Positions 8,359 to 17,573 of a stretch of DNA of 64,000 nt are shown piece after piece. Numbering within the stretch: position 1 is the first letter of the stretch; every line of letters starts with the position of its first letter. Source of the stretch: a virus (Duplodnaviria > Heunggongvirae > Uroviricota > Caudoviricetes). Below the pieces are notes generated by a model. The model saw only the letters and a program-made list of their open reading frames with translations. It made no database searches and had not been told where the DNA came from. A program made the position numbers and the translations under genes. The DNA is taken from IMG/VR virus record IMGVR_UViG_3300017917_003366; one strand, written 5' to 3'.

Positions 8359-8889
8359 ATGTTCAAATATATATCTGAAATATTATCAAAATTCACTCAA
8401 GGTCAAAGAATTGTGGCTCTTTTACTGTTATTATTTTCAATAACATTAATATCTGTGGGTCCAAAAATCGTTGAGTCATTCACATCAAGTAGTGAAGAAT
8501 TGGAATTAAGGGTACAATCTCAGAACACACAAATCATTCAATTAAATAAAAGGGTAAACGAATTAACCACTCAGATTATTGATAATCAAAGAGAGTGTAC
8601 CAATTCGATTGTTGTTAGAGAAGCCGAGATTTTGATGGAGATTGCGGAACTTGAACGTAGAATTAAAAATGAGATGAAGAATCAAAATGGTTTGGTGAAA
8701 GAGGAGGAGATTTTTGTTAATAGAATGGAGAAATACGATGGTGAGTTCCCAAGAGTGGCAATGTCACCAGCACCTGAACCAAAACCCGTTAAAATAGAAA
8801 CCCCTCAAACAAATCAAATGATGCTCGAGGGGCTTTCAAAAATTAAGTCAAACATTAAAAAGGACATCAAGTCCAAAAGTGGTAATTAA
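8359..8889 (+). CDS. Plus-strand membrane-anchored coiled-coil protein (about 176 aa from the ATG)
   Basis: Fills an otherwise empty 560-nt gap. Has a TM segment (RIVALLLLLFSITLISVG) and heptad-like region. The track start at 8323 is TTG; the first ATG is at 8359. Confidence 0.4.
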   Translation: MFKYISEILSKFTQGQRIVALLLLLFSITLISVGPKIVESFTSSSEELELRVQSQNTQIIQLNKRVNELTTQIIDNQRECTNSIVVREAEILMEIAELERRIKNEMKNQNGLVKEEEIFVNRMEKYDGEFPRVAMSPAPEPKPVKIETPQTNQMMLEGLSKIKSNIKKDIKSKSGN

Positions 8890-9156
8890 TTACTTCTGAC
8901 CAAGGATATTACCTGATTTGGTATCAACGACAACAATGTTACCTTGTTGGTCCTTACCGATAACAACATCACTGGTGTCAGTTGGGGTTTCGTCACCCAT
9001 TTCTTTTTCCAATTCTCTTTCTGCTTCATAATCCTCATAACCCGGTAATTCCTCAGGTTGGATTTTAGTGTCGAAGTCATCGAATTGAGCTTCACTAATC
9101 GTTCTCTTTACAATATTTTCAATATCTGAAAGTTTTAATTTAATAACCTTAGCCAT
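8890..9156 (-). CDS. Hypothetical acidic protein (88 aa)
   Basis: ORF; the competing frame at 8886..9095 has low-complexity basic content. Confidence 0.4.
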   Translation of the reverse strand: MAKVIKLKLSDIENIVKRTISEAQFDDFDTKIQPEELPGYEDYEAERELEKEMGDETPTDTSDVVIGKDQQGNIVVVDTKSGNILGQK

Positions 9157-9190
9157 ACTATGTTTTTATATATAAATATCATTTCCCAAT

Positions 9191-9215
9191 AAAAAACCCC
9201 TCCGAAGAGGGGTTT
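9191..9215 (-). terminator. Rho-independent terminator (cccctc-cgaa-gagggg + T tract on the minus strand)
   Basis: GC hairpin directly after the stop of the SPFH gene. Confidence 0.55.
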
Positions 9216-9217
9216 AA

Positions 9218-10168
9218 TTATTTAATACCTAACATTATGTTTTGACCACTTCCCAACATGGTTTCGGGGAGTTTCCCGTTCCATCTTTCAATCCATTGTT
9301 GTTGTAACAACATCTGTGTAAGGGTCTTTTGTTTTAATGAGTTCGCCTCCGCTTCCGCCTTTGCTGAGGTCAACATAGCTTTAGCATTACCCTCTGCGGT
9401 TGCGATTTTAATCTTGGCTTGTGCTTCCGCCGTTTTAACCTCATTTTCCGCCCTGAGAGCCGCTTGAACTGCGTTGTTCTTGGCTTCAATTGCTTTCTTA
9501 AATGTTTCAGGGTAAACCAAGTTAGAAGTAAACTGAGCGATTGTAAACCCTTCTCTTAGTAATTGGGATTCCAAAATTCGTCTAACCTCAATCTCATATT
9601 GCTGTCGGTTACCAATCAACTCATCGGCGGTGTACTTGTTTGTTGCCAAACGGAAAGCATCGAACACTGCGGTTTTAAGGAACCCCTCTTCAATACTACC
9701 GAGGTCTCTACGGTACTTAGAGAAGATTGAAGGTACCTTTTCACGTTGTACTGAGTAGTTGATGATTGGGCTCACGTGGAACTCACTACCGTCCTTAGAA
9801 TTGACAATAAATGAATTGTCACCTGTGTACTCTTTATGTTGAACGAAGGTTGGGAACTCGTAGATACTATGAGTAAAAGGATTGTAGAATACCATACCGG
9901 TTACTTCGGTTACGTTATCTACGCCCTTGTTATCACCATATAGGTTTACTTTGACACCAACGTGTCCTGCATCGATTCTCTCACAAGAGAAGAAAAGTGT
10001 GATAAGTAGGAAAAACCCTACTACGCTGAAAATAATTTTTCTTACCATTTTTTTTATTTTAATTGATTGTTCTTGATTAAATTCTTCTTCTAATCTGTTT
10101 AATTCTTCCTCCGTTCTGCGATTACCATAACGGTCATATCTTTCACTGTATCTGTTAAACTTTGCCAT
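9218..10168 (-). CDS. SPFH/band-7 (prohibitin/HflC-like) membrane protein
   Basis: N-terminal TM segment. SPFH-like core followed by Ala/Glu/Lys-rich coiled coil (AEAQAKIKIATAEGNAKAMLTSAKAEAEANS). Confidence 0.65.
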   Translation of the reverse strand: MAKFNRYSERYDRYGNRRTEEELNRLEEEFNQEQSIKIKKMVRKIIFSVVGFFLLITLFFSCERIDAGHVGVKVNLYGDNKGVDNVTEVTGMVFYNPFTHSIYEFPTFVQHKEYTGDNSFIVNSKDGSEFHVSPIINYSVQREKVPSIFSKYRRDLGSIEEGFLKTAVFDAFRLATNKYTADELIGNRQQYEIEVRRILESQLLREGFTIAQFTSNLVYPETFKKAIEAKNNAVQAALRAENEVKTAEAQAKIKIATAEGNAKAMLTSAKAEAEANSLKQKTLTQMLLQQQWIERWNGKLPETMLGSGQNIMLGIK

Positions 10169-10538
10169 TGTTCTTAGGTTTTTTTGTCTTTGGTTTTGGT
10201 TTCTTTACCGCCTTAATTGGTGGTGTCTTCTTAGTTGGGTGTTGACCTTTAGTTACTGTTGGGTCGTAATCCAATTCCGTTTCGGGTTCTTTATCTTCGT
10301 CTATGTTTAAAGAGATAATCATTTCGGGGTCCTTAACATCAAACCAAGTATTCTTTACAAAGTAGAACACAAAACCGAGAGTTAGGACTCCTGAAACACC
10401 ACTGACGATATTTGACATTGTATTAGCCGCGGTTAAACCTGGCCAGATGACAAATTCAAATAATCCGATAACACCAACTGAAACAAAAAATGTTAACAAG
10501 AAGGGAGATTTACATAAATCAATAAATGACTTTTTCAT
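10155..10538 (-). CDS. Membrane protein with Lys/Pro-rich C-terminal tail (127 aa)
   Basis: Two hydrophobic helices and a KKPKPKTKKPK tail. Confidence 0.45.
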   Translation of the reverse strand: MKKSFIDLCKSPFLLTFFVSVGVIGLFEFVIWPGLTAANTMSNIVSGVSGVLTLGFVFYFVKNTWFDVKDPEMIISLNIDEDKEPETELDYDPTVTKGQHPTKKTPPIKAVKKPKPKTKKPKNNGKV

Positions 10539-10747
10539 AGTTTGGTTTTTAAAGGAGGATTGGGTTCAAATTCAAATTAAAAGATTAGAAAGAGTGTTAA
10601 AGTTTGACGTGGGAATTTTGAGTGTTTGACATCTGAGTGTTGAGTTCCAATCAAAATCGTCTTATCATTTACCACTAATTGCTGAATATTTGTAGGTACG
10701 TCGCAATGACGAATCAATTAACCATCCTTCTCCCCCAATCCAAGTTC

Positions 10748-11179
10748 TTAGATTTCGGTGTATGTGTTGAATTTATCCAACTCATCCTGAATCAATTCTA
10801 TTCTCGCCTCCATATCTTTCACCATGGTATCTCTTTCCACAGTGTTGATTTCAGCGTGACGAATGATTGGTTCGTTTTCGTTCCAACGATTTCTTTCTTT
10901 ACCCTGAGCACAGTTTAAACTTTTTAGATGTTTAATCTGACTTTTAAGTTCTGACATCATAAAAATCTTATCGTACACCGGTGCGTTAGCACGATGGATT
11001 CGAGATTTCAATGACACCAACTCATCCGAATACTGTTGCCATTTCTGAAGAGCTTCAGTGGCAGAGTAAGGACGAGCGTTCCCTTCCTCAATACTATTGT
11101 ATGTGGAAGCTTTAGAGAACTCCTCGGAAATCAACGTTACCAATTTGTTCTTTCTTTTTAATGCTTGTTTAATATTCAT
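10748..11179 (-). CDS. Hypothetical protein (143 aa)
   Basis: ORF. Confidence 0.45.
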   Translation of the reverse strand: MNIKQALKRKNKLVTLISEEFSKASTYNSIEEGNARPYSATEALQKWQQYSDELVSLKSRIHRANAPVYDKIFMMSELKSQIKHLKSLNCAQGKERNRWNENEPIIRHAEINTVERDTMVKDMEARIELIQDELDKFNTYTEI

Positions 11180-11225
11180 CTGACTTCTTTTTTAAAATAT
11201 AAAAAATTAATTTTGATTTTCCAAA

Positions 11226-11879
11226 TTATCCAACAACATTTTGCATATCATCCATGTGATGGTCGAGTGGTCCCATCTCGGAACCGATTTCTCGTTTCTT
11301 CAACATCTTGATTACTTCATGCAAATCATATGGTTCGAATTCAGGATTACCATCCATACCAATATCCATACGACGACCATTACTAATCTTTTGGTTGTGT
11401 GGTAAATGACAATGTCCATGAAGGTGAACACGACCTTTACGAAGGTTATTCCAACTTGATATTGGGTAATGGCAACATTCTATTGTTTCTCCCATATATT
11501 CAAATTGCTCGAACCATGAAACACTCAAGAATAACTTTCGAATATCTCCACGATTCCTATCAATGTGGTGGTCGTGATTACCCAAAACCAAATGAATGTT
11601 TTGACAGATAATTCTATTCCTGAATTCCTCAATCTTTTCAAATCCACCGAATGACCAATCACCCAAATGAATTAATATATCATCTTGACCAACAAGTGAA
11701 TTGATGTTGTTTACAATTGCGGCGTTCATCTTTTCAATAGTTGGGAAGTCCCTTGTTTGATTAACAGGGATATCACCATTCGGTAACCTCCAATTCGTTA
11801 CACCACGACATATGTTCGTGTGTCCATAATGTGTATCGGATGTAATCCAAACTTTCTTCTCTTTTTCTAACTTAATCAT
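11226..11879 (-). CDS. Calcineurin-like metallophosphoesterase (Ser/Thr phosphatase-like)
   Basis: Motifs SDTHYGH (DxH), GDWSFGG (GDxxxRG-like), GNHDHH (GNHD/E) and HGHCH. Confidence 0.7.
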   Translation of the reverse strand: MIKLEKEKKVWITSDTHYGHTNICRGVTNWRLPNGDIPVNQTRDFPTIEKMNAAIVNNINSLVGQDDILIHLGDWSFGGFEKIEEFRNRIICQNIHLVLGNHDHHIDRNRGDIRKLFLSVSWFEQFEYMGETIECCHYPISSWNNLRKGRVHLHGHCHLPHNQKISNGRRMDIGMDGNPEFEPYDLHEVIKMLKKREIGSEMGPLDHHMDDMQNVVG

Positions 11880-11880
11880 A

Positions 11881-12381
11881 TCAACTAAAATCTGTGGACG
11901 AACTTACTCGAAGTCCGTCGATTATTAAATCATCATATTTCTCATCATCCAACCAAAAGGACCCATGTCCTCTCGCTCTTTCCGCTTTACGATATTCTTC
12001 GTTAACAACCCAACCATCTGGTTGACCCCATTCAAGTGCCATAGCAATAAACTCCTCAACGTTCCATTCTTCACCGTATTCATCAACAACTCTACCTGAA
12101 CGAATGAATGAGAGTAGTTCTTCTTTATTTGAATAATGTTTGTTCTTATGGAAATTCCAACAAAACTTCCACCCACCACTTCGTTTACCTAAATGAATGT
12201 TAGTTCCGTCAATAAAAATACCCCACGGACTTTCTCTACCCCATTGGTCATCAATGGGTTCGTTAAAACCGCACTCAATGTTAATTGGAGTTAAATCCAA
12301 ATCCATAACTCGTTGAACTAGAACCTTTTTTCGTTCTTCCATTTCTTCCGCCCGTGGAATTCTATAATAGTTCGTACCCAT
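11881..12381 (-). CDS. Hypothetical protein (166 aa)
   Basis: ATG verified; promoter-like motif upstream. Confidence 0.5.
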   Translation of the reverse strand: MGTNYYRIPRAEEMEERKKVLVQRVMDLDLTPINIECGFNEPIDDQWGRESPWGIFIDGTNIHLGKRSGGWKFCWNFHKNKHYSNKEELLSFIRSGRVVDEYGEEWNVEEFIAMALEWGQPDGWVVNEEYRKAERARGHGSFWLDDEKYDDLIIDGLRVSSSTDFS

Positions 12382-12398
12382 TTTTTATGATTATTGTA

Positions 12399-12429
12399 CA
12401 AATATATAAAATATTTTGTGATATACAAA
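12399..12429 (-). promoter_or_regulatory. Bacteroidetes-type promoter candidate (TTTG -N19- TATATTTG)
   Basis: Minus-strand TTTG TATATCACAAAATATTTTA TATATTTG TACAATAATCATAAAAAA ATG. It lies immediately downstream of the terminator at 12441-12467. Confidence 0.45.
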
Positions 12430-12440
12430 AAAATTTACAA

Positions 12441-12467
12441 AAAAAAATCCCCGATTTCTCGGGGATT
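12441..12467 (-). terminator. Rho-independent terminator (tccccga-tttc-tcgggga + T tract on the minus strand)
   Basis: 7-bp GC-rich stem followed by a 7-nt T run on the minus strand. Confidence 0.55.
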
Positions 12468-12493
12468 CTTATAACTAATTGAAAATCAGTTTA

Positions 12494-12838
12494 TTATTCT
12501 GAAACGTATTCGGCAAATGTTAAATTAGGATTCTCGGTTGTAAACTTCTCGATTAAGAAATCTTGAACTGAAGATAACAACTGTTCGTATGGGTCAGTTA
12601 ATGAAACATCAAAACTTAATTCTGTTCTGCCGATGTTATTAACAGTAAATTGTGAAACTGTCACTAATTGTAGTGAGGTCACATTACCCGGATTAGTAAC
12701 TTCTTTTTCAACACATAATTGACACTCAACATCCAATCTACCCATAGGTACTTGTTTAACATTTAATGCAATGACTGCATCTTTAACATAACTTTCGTTG
12801 TTTGGATTTGGGAAAAACCCTGTTACTTGTATAGCCAT
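12494..12838 (-). CDS. Hypothetical protein (114 aa)
   Basis: ORF; ATGA overlap with the upstream gene. Confidence 0.45.
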   Translation of the reverse strand: MAIQVTGFFPNPNNESYVKDAVIALNVKQVPMGRLDVECQLCVEKEVTNPGNVTSLQLVTVSQFTVNNIGRTELSFDVSLTDPYEQLLSSVQDFLIEKFTTENPNLTFAEYVSE

Positions 12839-14025
12839 TAATTATTTAATTTTTTTACGATTCTCTTTATTAACTTCTCAGTTAAAGCTTCGTTTACATT
12901 TCTCTTAATTTGATATTGTTTAACTGTAGCCACTTTCAAAGTTTCTTTAGGGTCAATTGCTTCGATTTGTGATTTTAAATCTGCAATCGCTTGTAGTAAT
13001 GCGTTCACTACGTTGATGTCGTCCATCACAGTATACTCATCAGTAAACTGTTTTGTTGGGTCGAGTTGTGCGGTAGTTGTTGCTTGGAATAATTTATCAT
13101 CTAAGAATCCACCTCTTAATCCACTCTCATCACTTAACTTCTTACCAATCTTGTTTGTCATTCTAACGTTCCAAGTAAAGCTCTCACCTATCTTCTCACC
13201 GGAGATTTTGAAATCCATACGAATTGAAACGTCAAGGTTCTTCTCTTCTAAACCATAAGCATCTAATTTGTATACATCAGTTTTACCTGCGTATTGCTTT
13301 TGGTTCTTTTTATCTGCCGCCCAATTAGAGTAATTGTTATTGTATTGTCTCGCTAAGTGATATGTTTTCATCTCAGGAGTGTCACCACCCTTAACACGAG
13401 CAATTGCCGCTTTTAAGAAGTCCTGTACTGTTTCGTAAGCGTTGTAGTTGTGGGTTTCGTAAACAATTTTTTCATTATCAAATCTTGTGTATAGATTGAT
13501 ATGTTTACGGTCTCTCGCGATAATTGTTGGAATACTTCTTTTGTTTAATACCTCAGAGAATTCTTCGTTAGTGAACTCACCATCGATAACCGAGAATAAT
13601 TTTCTCTTAATCTTTTCTTGTGCTGACATCTTTTCACCTGAAGCATAATAAGGAGTACCTGTTTTATAACTTCTTGGTTGGTCCTTAGTTCTTTTACAAG
13701 CAACTAATTCAGGTTCTATTTTGTGTAGAGCACCTAAACTATCTAACCATTCTTTATTCTTCTCAATGAACTCATTTAGTTCATCACAATCCAAAGGAAC
13801 GATTAGTTTTTCTTTACCCGATTCTAATGTTGGGTTTAATATCCACGCATCGGGAACTCCATGTTCACCTGGAGGTGTTGGGTTATCCTCTTTCCAAACC
13901 GGTTGGAACTTCTTTGGTTTACCCTCATCTCTCATTCCCTTCTGTCTTAATGCCATTTCATCGACATCAACACCATGGGATTCTCTAATGAGAGTTTTCA
14001 AATATTTTTCGGTATTCTTATTCAT
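12838..14025 (-). CDS. Hypothetical protein (395 aa)
   Basis: Long ORF. Confidence 0.5.
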   Translation of the reverse strand: MNKNTEKYLKTLIRESHGVDVDEMALRQKGMRDEGKPKKFQPVWKEDNPTPPGEHGVPDAWILNPTLESGKEKLIVPLDCDELNEFIEKNKEWLDSLGALHKIEPELVACKRTKDQPRSYKTGTPYYASGEKMSAQEKIKRKLFSVIDGEFTNEEFSEVLNKRSIPTIIARDRKHINLYTRFDNEKIVYETHNYNAYETVQDFLKAAIARVKGGDTPEMKTYHLARQYNNNYSNWAADKKNQKQYAGKTDVYKLDAYGLEEKNLDVSIRMDFKISGEKIGESFTWNVRMTNKIGKKLSDESGLRGGFLDDKLFQATTTAQLDPTKQFTDEYTVMDDINVVNALLQAIADLKSQIEAIDPKETLKVATVKQYQIKRNVNEALTEKLIKRIVKKLNN

Positions 14026-14071
14026 CTAACGATATATTTTTACTATATATAAATACCGCCGAAATTGGTAT

Positions 14072-14302
14072 TTATTTCATTCCATGTAGAATGAGTCTTA
14101 CTTTTTTACCGAGTTCCATATCATTAGGTGTATCTCTAATCATATCTACCGGAACACATATCGTGTCCTCACCATCGGTTTTTCTATAACATGAGATACA
14201 TAATTGACCAAGACCCTCAATATAACCTTGTCTATTGTCAATGTGTGTGTCGATTTCGTAGGGGGTAACTTTCCCACATGATACGCAGATTTCTTTAGCC
14301 AT
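14072..14302 (-). CDS. Zinc-ribbon small protein (76 aa)
   Basis: CVSCGK...CISCYRK...CVP Cys pairs. Confidence 0.45.
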   Translation of the reverse strand: MAKEICVSCGKVTPYEIDTHIDNRQGYIEGLGQLCISCYRKTDGEDTICVPVDMIRDTPNDMELGKKVRLILHGMK

Positions 14303-14355
14303 TGTTGTTCGTTTTAACTAAAGATAGGAAATATTTTAAATAAAAAAAAATATTT

Positions 14356-15810
14356 TTATGCCATAGTTTCAGAACCTGACGGTTTTTTGACATTAAGTTT
14401 TGCCATTACCGGTGCAGATATTCTGTGTGCTTGTGCTGCCAACGTATTAAGGTGTTTTTCATAGTCAGGAGCCGAAGCGTATCTGTTACCACTTTTGTTT
14501 ACGAAGTTGGTAATCAAATCTTTAGCGGTCCTTCCTTTACCCAAATAGTTCTTGGCAACCAAGTTATAGTATGCGTTGATACCTGATTGAACCTCACTAT
14601 GTTCGATATTCGCTCCCGAATCTGTATTCCCCACGTTGAATGGGTTCTTAGTACGGATTGGTCTACTTTCTAACTTACCGTTACGGATACCACCTTCTAA
14701 TACCAATTGACTTAATGCCAATTCGGGTGGTACATATCTTTGATATCTCATAAATGCTTCCTTAGCACCTTTAGCCATCATTTCTCCTGTGATTCCCAAT
14801 GGGTTAGGACCATTAGCACTTATGAATTTCTGACAGATTTCAGCGTATGCGTCGAAACCTTCATTTGTATTTAAATCTAAATCTGTAAACTCAGCACTAC
14901 CACCGGTAAGAACCGCGTCAATAAACACTTTAATCTCTTCTGATTTAACTCCTCTTTCTTTAAGTAATTCAATCAATTTATTCAACATCTCGGGAGTTGC
15001 TTGACTGTTACCAGAACCTTTAGCCGTTCCTTCACCATATTGTAAATGGAAATGTCCACCTGTTGCTGCCCCTGATGGATTGGTGTACTCGTCTATATAG
15101 GAGAACTTAGAATCTTTTGATTTGTATTTGTTTAAGATATTCATGAAGGATTTAGCGTTTTCTGAATTGTATGGTTTTAAAACCAAATCAATTGCCTTAC
15201 CTTCAGTGTGTTTACTTTTATAACCCACCTTTTTGTGGAAATTGTCATTTCCTGCGGTAACTATTACCTGTACATTTGGATTTGTTTGTTTGTAATCTTT
15301 TAGAATGTCACTAACTATTTTACTTATTTCGTCTGTGATATTACCACCACTTGAAATTTCAGCACCCTTTTCATCATAACCTAACGAATCTAATGTACTT
15401 CTTAAATCAGAAGCGTCTTCTTTAAGTTCCCCAACCTTTTCAGTTGTAAATTTTCTAACGGCTTGTGCGGTTTCAGGTCCAAATAATCCATCGACACCAT
15501 GTTTAGGAAGTTCGTATCCTAATAAGATTAAACCAATTTGCATTGATTCTACCGCCTTTTGAAAGGTGAACCCTCCTTTTGATTGCTGTGTTAAACCACC
15601 ACTAGCGGCGGCATCTTCCAAAGTTTTGAAAAATTCAGCAACATCTGCACTAACTAAGTCAGCCTTTCTTGGGTCGTCTTTCTTTTCAGATTTACCACCC
15701 TTTAAACCGACTTTTTGAAGAATAGTATCAATAAAACCCTCATTGATTACATTATTTCCATATGTAATCCCGTGGATTCTTTCTAATTCTTCCTGTAAAC
15801 TCTTCTTCAT
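14356..15810 (-). CDS. Multi-domain cell-wall hydrolase: PG-binding domain, M15 (VanY-like) peptidase motifs and C-terminal glucosaminidase/lysozyme-like region
   Basis: PG_binding_1-like LQIGLILLGYELPKHGVDGLFGPETAQAVRKF. M15-like SKHTEGKAIDLV (HxxGxAxD) and GGHFHLQY (HxH). C-terminal ALSQLVLEGG...NPFNVGN resembles the glucosaminidase signature. Confidence 0.6.
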   Translation of the reverse strand: MKKSLQEELERIHGITYGNNVINEGFIDTILQKVGLKGGKSEKKDDPRKADLVSADVAEFFKTLEDAAASGGLTQQSKGGFTFQKAVESMQIGLILLGYELPKHGVDGLFGPETAQAVRKFTTEKVGELKEDASDLRSTLDSLGYDEKGAEISSGGNITDEISKIVSDILKDYKQTNPNVQVIVTAGNDNFHKKVGYKSKHTEGKAIDLVLKPYNSENAKSFMNILNKYKSKDSKFSYIDEYTNPSGAATGGHFHLQYGEGTAKGSGNSQATPEMLNKLIELLKERGVKSEEIKVFIDAVLTGGSAEFTDLDLNTNEGFDAYAEICQKFISANGPNPLGITGEMMAKGAKEAFMRYQRYVPPELALSQLVLEGGIRNGKLESRPIRTKNPFNVGNTDSGANIEHSEVQSGINAYYNLVAKNYLGKGRTAKDLITNFVNKSGNRYASAPDYEKHLNTLAAQAHRISAPVMAKLNVKKPSGSETMA

Positions 15811-15834
15811 ATCTAAATAAATATCACTAATAAA

Positions 15835-15861
15835 TATTAAAAAACCCCTTTTCAGGGGTTT
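15835..15861 (-). terminator. Rho-independent terminator hairpin (aacccct-tttc-aggggtt) overlapping the stop codon of the upstream HAD gene
   Basis: 7-bp stem followed by a T tract on the minus strand. Confidence 0.5.
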
Positions 15862-16427
15862 AAAAATTGAATTATTTTGTCTTTTATTCCTGACTGTTTT
15901 ATACCTTCATCACCCTTTGGTGTTAGAACAAAGTTATCCAAACCCCAATCTTTCCATTCCTCACCATTTTTACCCATATCAAGGTCGTCAATTGAAACCC
16001 AATGGGTAACCTCAGGATGGTCATGTAAGAATTGTTTAATCTCAATGACACGTGTCATCTCTAAATCCCAACGTGGAGACCAAACCCAAACCATATCATT
16101 GTACCAATTACATTGACCTAAGTTGGTGGTCACCGCAATTGGTTTTTTGATGATACCTTGTAGTTCGTAGTATTCACCCAATTCATCCAAGTTTGCATGG
16201 TGTTTCCAATCAGAACTGACAACGATTTCTGCACCGGTTTCTTCTAAGATTTGATTAAGTACTTGAACCGCTTTCTTGTTAAAGTTGTCAAATCGATACT
16301 GTAATGGAATTTCTCTACTTGACATGGATAGTTTACGTCCTCCCCATTTGTCTTGTTTTTTGTAACGACCGCCCCACTCTGAGGACAAACAGATTACTCC
16401 GTCGTGGTCTAAAAATATAACTTTCAT
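15852..16427 (-). CDS. HAD-like phosphatase of the 'Swiss-army-knife' RNA-repair HAD type (paralog 1)
   Basis: N-terminal MKVIFLDHDGVICL (DxDGV motif I at the extreme N-terminus). Confidence 0.55.
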   Translation of the reverse strand: MKVIFLDHDGVICLSSEWGGRYKKQDKWGGRKLSMSSREIPLQYRFDNFNKKAVQVLNQILEETGAEIVVSSDWKHHANLDELGEYYELQGIIKKPIAVTTNLGQCNWYNDMVWVWSPRWDLEMTRVIEIKQFLHDHPEVTHWVSIDDLDMGKNGEEWKDWGLDNFVLTPKGDEGIKQSGIKDKIIQFLNP

Positions 16428-16429
16428 AA

Positions 16430-17002
16430 TTAATAGTTCAATTCTATGACGGTTTTTTCCAACATCGCCTTAGCAATTTCGTAGTAGTGTTGGTTAAAAC
16501 CATCTTTGTTTCTCGGTGAAGGTAACACATGAACAAAATGATTCTTTTGTCGATATAACATATCTGAATCATCATCTATGATAATGTAGTTCTCAATACA
16601 GGACTCATCCATTATTTTTTGCTGTTCCTCTTCTGACCAATTTATGTGGTGAAATTTTAAGTCATTCTCCAAGTAATATTCAATCTCTAAACCTCTTGGT
16701 ATATGTAATTTTGGTGTCCTCAATAGTGGGGTGATTCCAATAATCTCACCACTCATGTTTTCATATTCCCAAACCTTTTGCATAAACTCAATCCCACTCA
16801 TTCTCCAAGTTGATGAGATTACAATCTTGGCATTTGTCTCATCGATTAGTTTATTTAAAAGGTCTTTACTACGAACACAGAATCTTTGGTAATGGTCCTT
16901 GCGTCCATCTTCCCATGTCCATTCTTGGTACTGACATTCACCGGCTCGATAAGCGTTTTCACAATTCAATACGCCATCAATATCTAAAAAGATTATCTTC
17001 AT
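16430..17002 (-). CDS. HAD-like phosphatase of the 'Swiss-army-knife' RNA-repair HAD type (paralog 2, tandem)
   Basis: N-terminal MKIIFLDIDGVLNCENAY and IIIDDDSD motif III. Same architecture as the downstream paralog. Confidence 0.55.
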   Translation of the reverse strand: MKIIFLDIDGVLNCENAYRAGECQYQEWTWEDGRKDHYQRFCVRSKDLLNKLIDETNAKIVISSTWRMSGIEFMQKVWEYENMSGEIIGITPLLRTPKLHIPRGLEIEYYLENDLKFHHINWSEEEQQKIMDESCIENYIIIDDDSDMLYRQKNHFVHVLPSPRNKDGFNQHYYEIAKAMLEKTVIELNY

Positions 17003-17004
17003 TA

Positions 17005-17358
17005 TTATCTGTAATAAATGAATTTAGGGAAGTCACCAAATACAAATTTGGCTACATTACATAACCAAAAGGTGTAATCAAATTCTATCCCTTTGTATGT
17101 ACCCATTTGATACCAAGCACCTTCACCCATTTCAAAACCTTCAATCCTTCCTAAACAATCAAGTTCCAACACATCACTATTTTCAAAAGGTTCATCAGAT
17201 AAAGTTAGATATACTTGGTATTCGTCATCCCCTGAATTAATCATTTCTAAAAAGAGGTCAGCACCGGCAACCATTTGAAGTTCCCACTTCTCTCCTGTCC
17301 ATTCAGGTAAATCAACAAACCAACCTATTTCATCTTTATAAAATCTAAAGGTTCTCAT
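17005..17358 (-). CDS. Hypothetical acidic protein (117 aa)
   Basis: ORF. Confidence 0.45.
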   Translation of the reverse strand: MRTFRFYKDEIGWFVDLPEWTGEKWELQMVAGADLFLEMINSGDDEYQVYLTLSDEPFENSDVLELDCLGRIEGFEMGEGAWYQMGTYKGIEFDYTFWLCNVAKFVFGDFPKFIYYR

Positions 17359-17573
17359 TTTTTAGGTTTAATTAGCAAACACTCATAACATATAACAGAT
17401 AATCCACTAAGGATTGGTATTGGTTTGCCACATTTTTTACAATTATTAATACTATTGTTCTGCATAGAATTTTTTGAATACTCCTTTAAACTCTTTTGAA
17501 TATGTTTTATAGACGACATCACTCCACGAGGAGAGTTTACCGGTAGACATGAAAGCTTGGATTTCATCATCAA
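17355..17573 (-). CDS. Small Cys-rich (zinc-finger-like) protein; 5' end uncertain
   Basis: CKKCGK...CYEC. Overlaps the 3' end of the upstream 229-aa ORF by 122 nt in another frame; the true start is probably an internal Met. Confidence 0.3.
   Translation of the reverse strand: MMMKSKLSCLPVNSPRGVMSSIKHIQKSLKEYSKNSMQNNSINNCKKCGKPIPILSGLSVICYECLLIKPKK

Noticed and set aside
8886-9095. Alternative-frame ORF overlapping 8890-9156, and 5055-5237 inside 4978-5526, 6700-6906 inside 6602-7267, 11925-12179 inside 11881-12381, 27321-27524 inside 26863-27621, 43820-44083 inside 42528-44114
   Set aside because: These are same-strand overlapping frames fully contained in longer ORFs with better composition or motifs. 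They are treated as spurious.
10539-10747. 209-nt intergenic gap with short direct repeats (gagtgtt x3) considered as a possible ncRNA or origin
   Set aside because: The repeats are only 7 nt long. There is no extended inverted repeat or terminator. It is most likely a promoter/leader region; the evidence is insufficient for a feature call.
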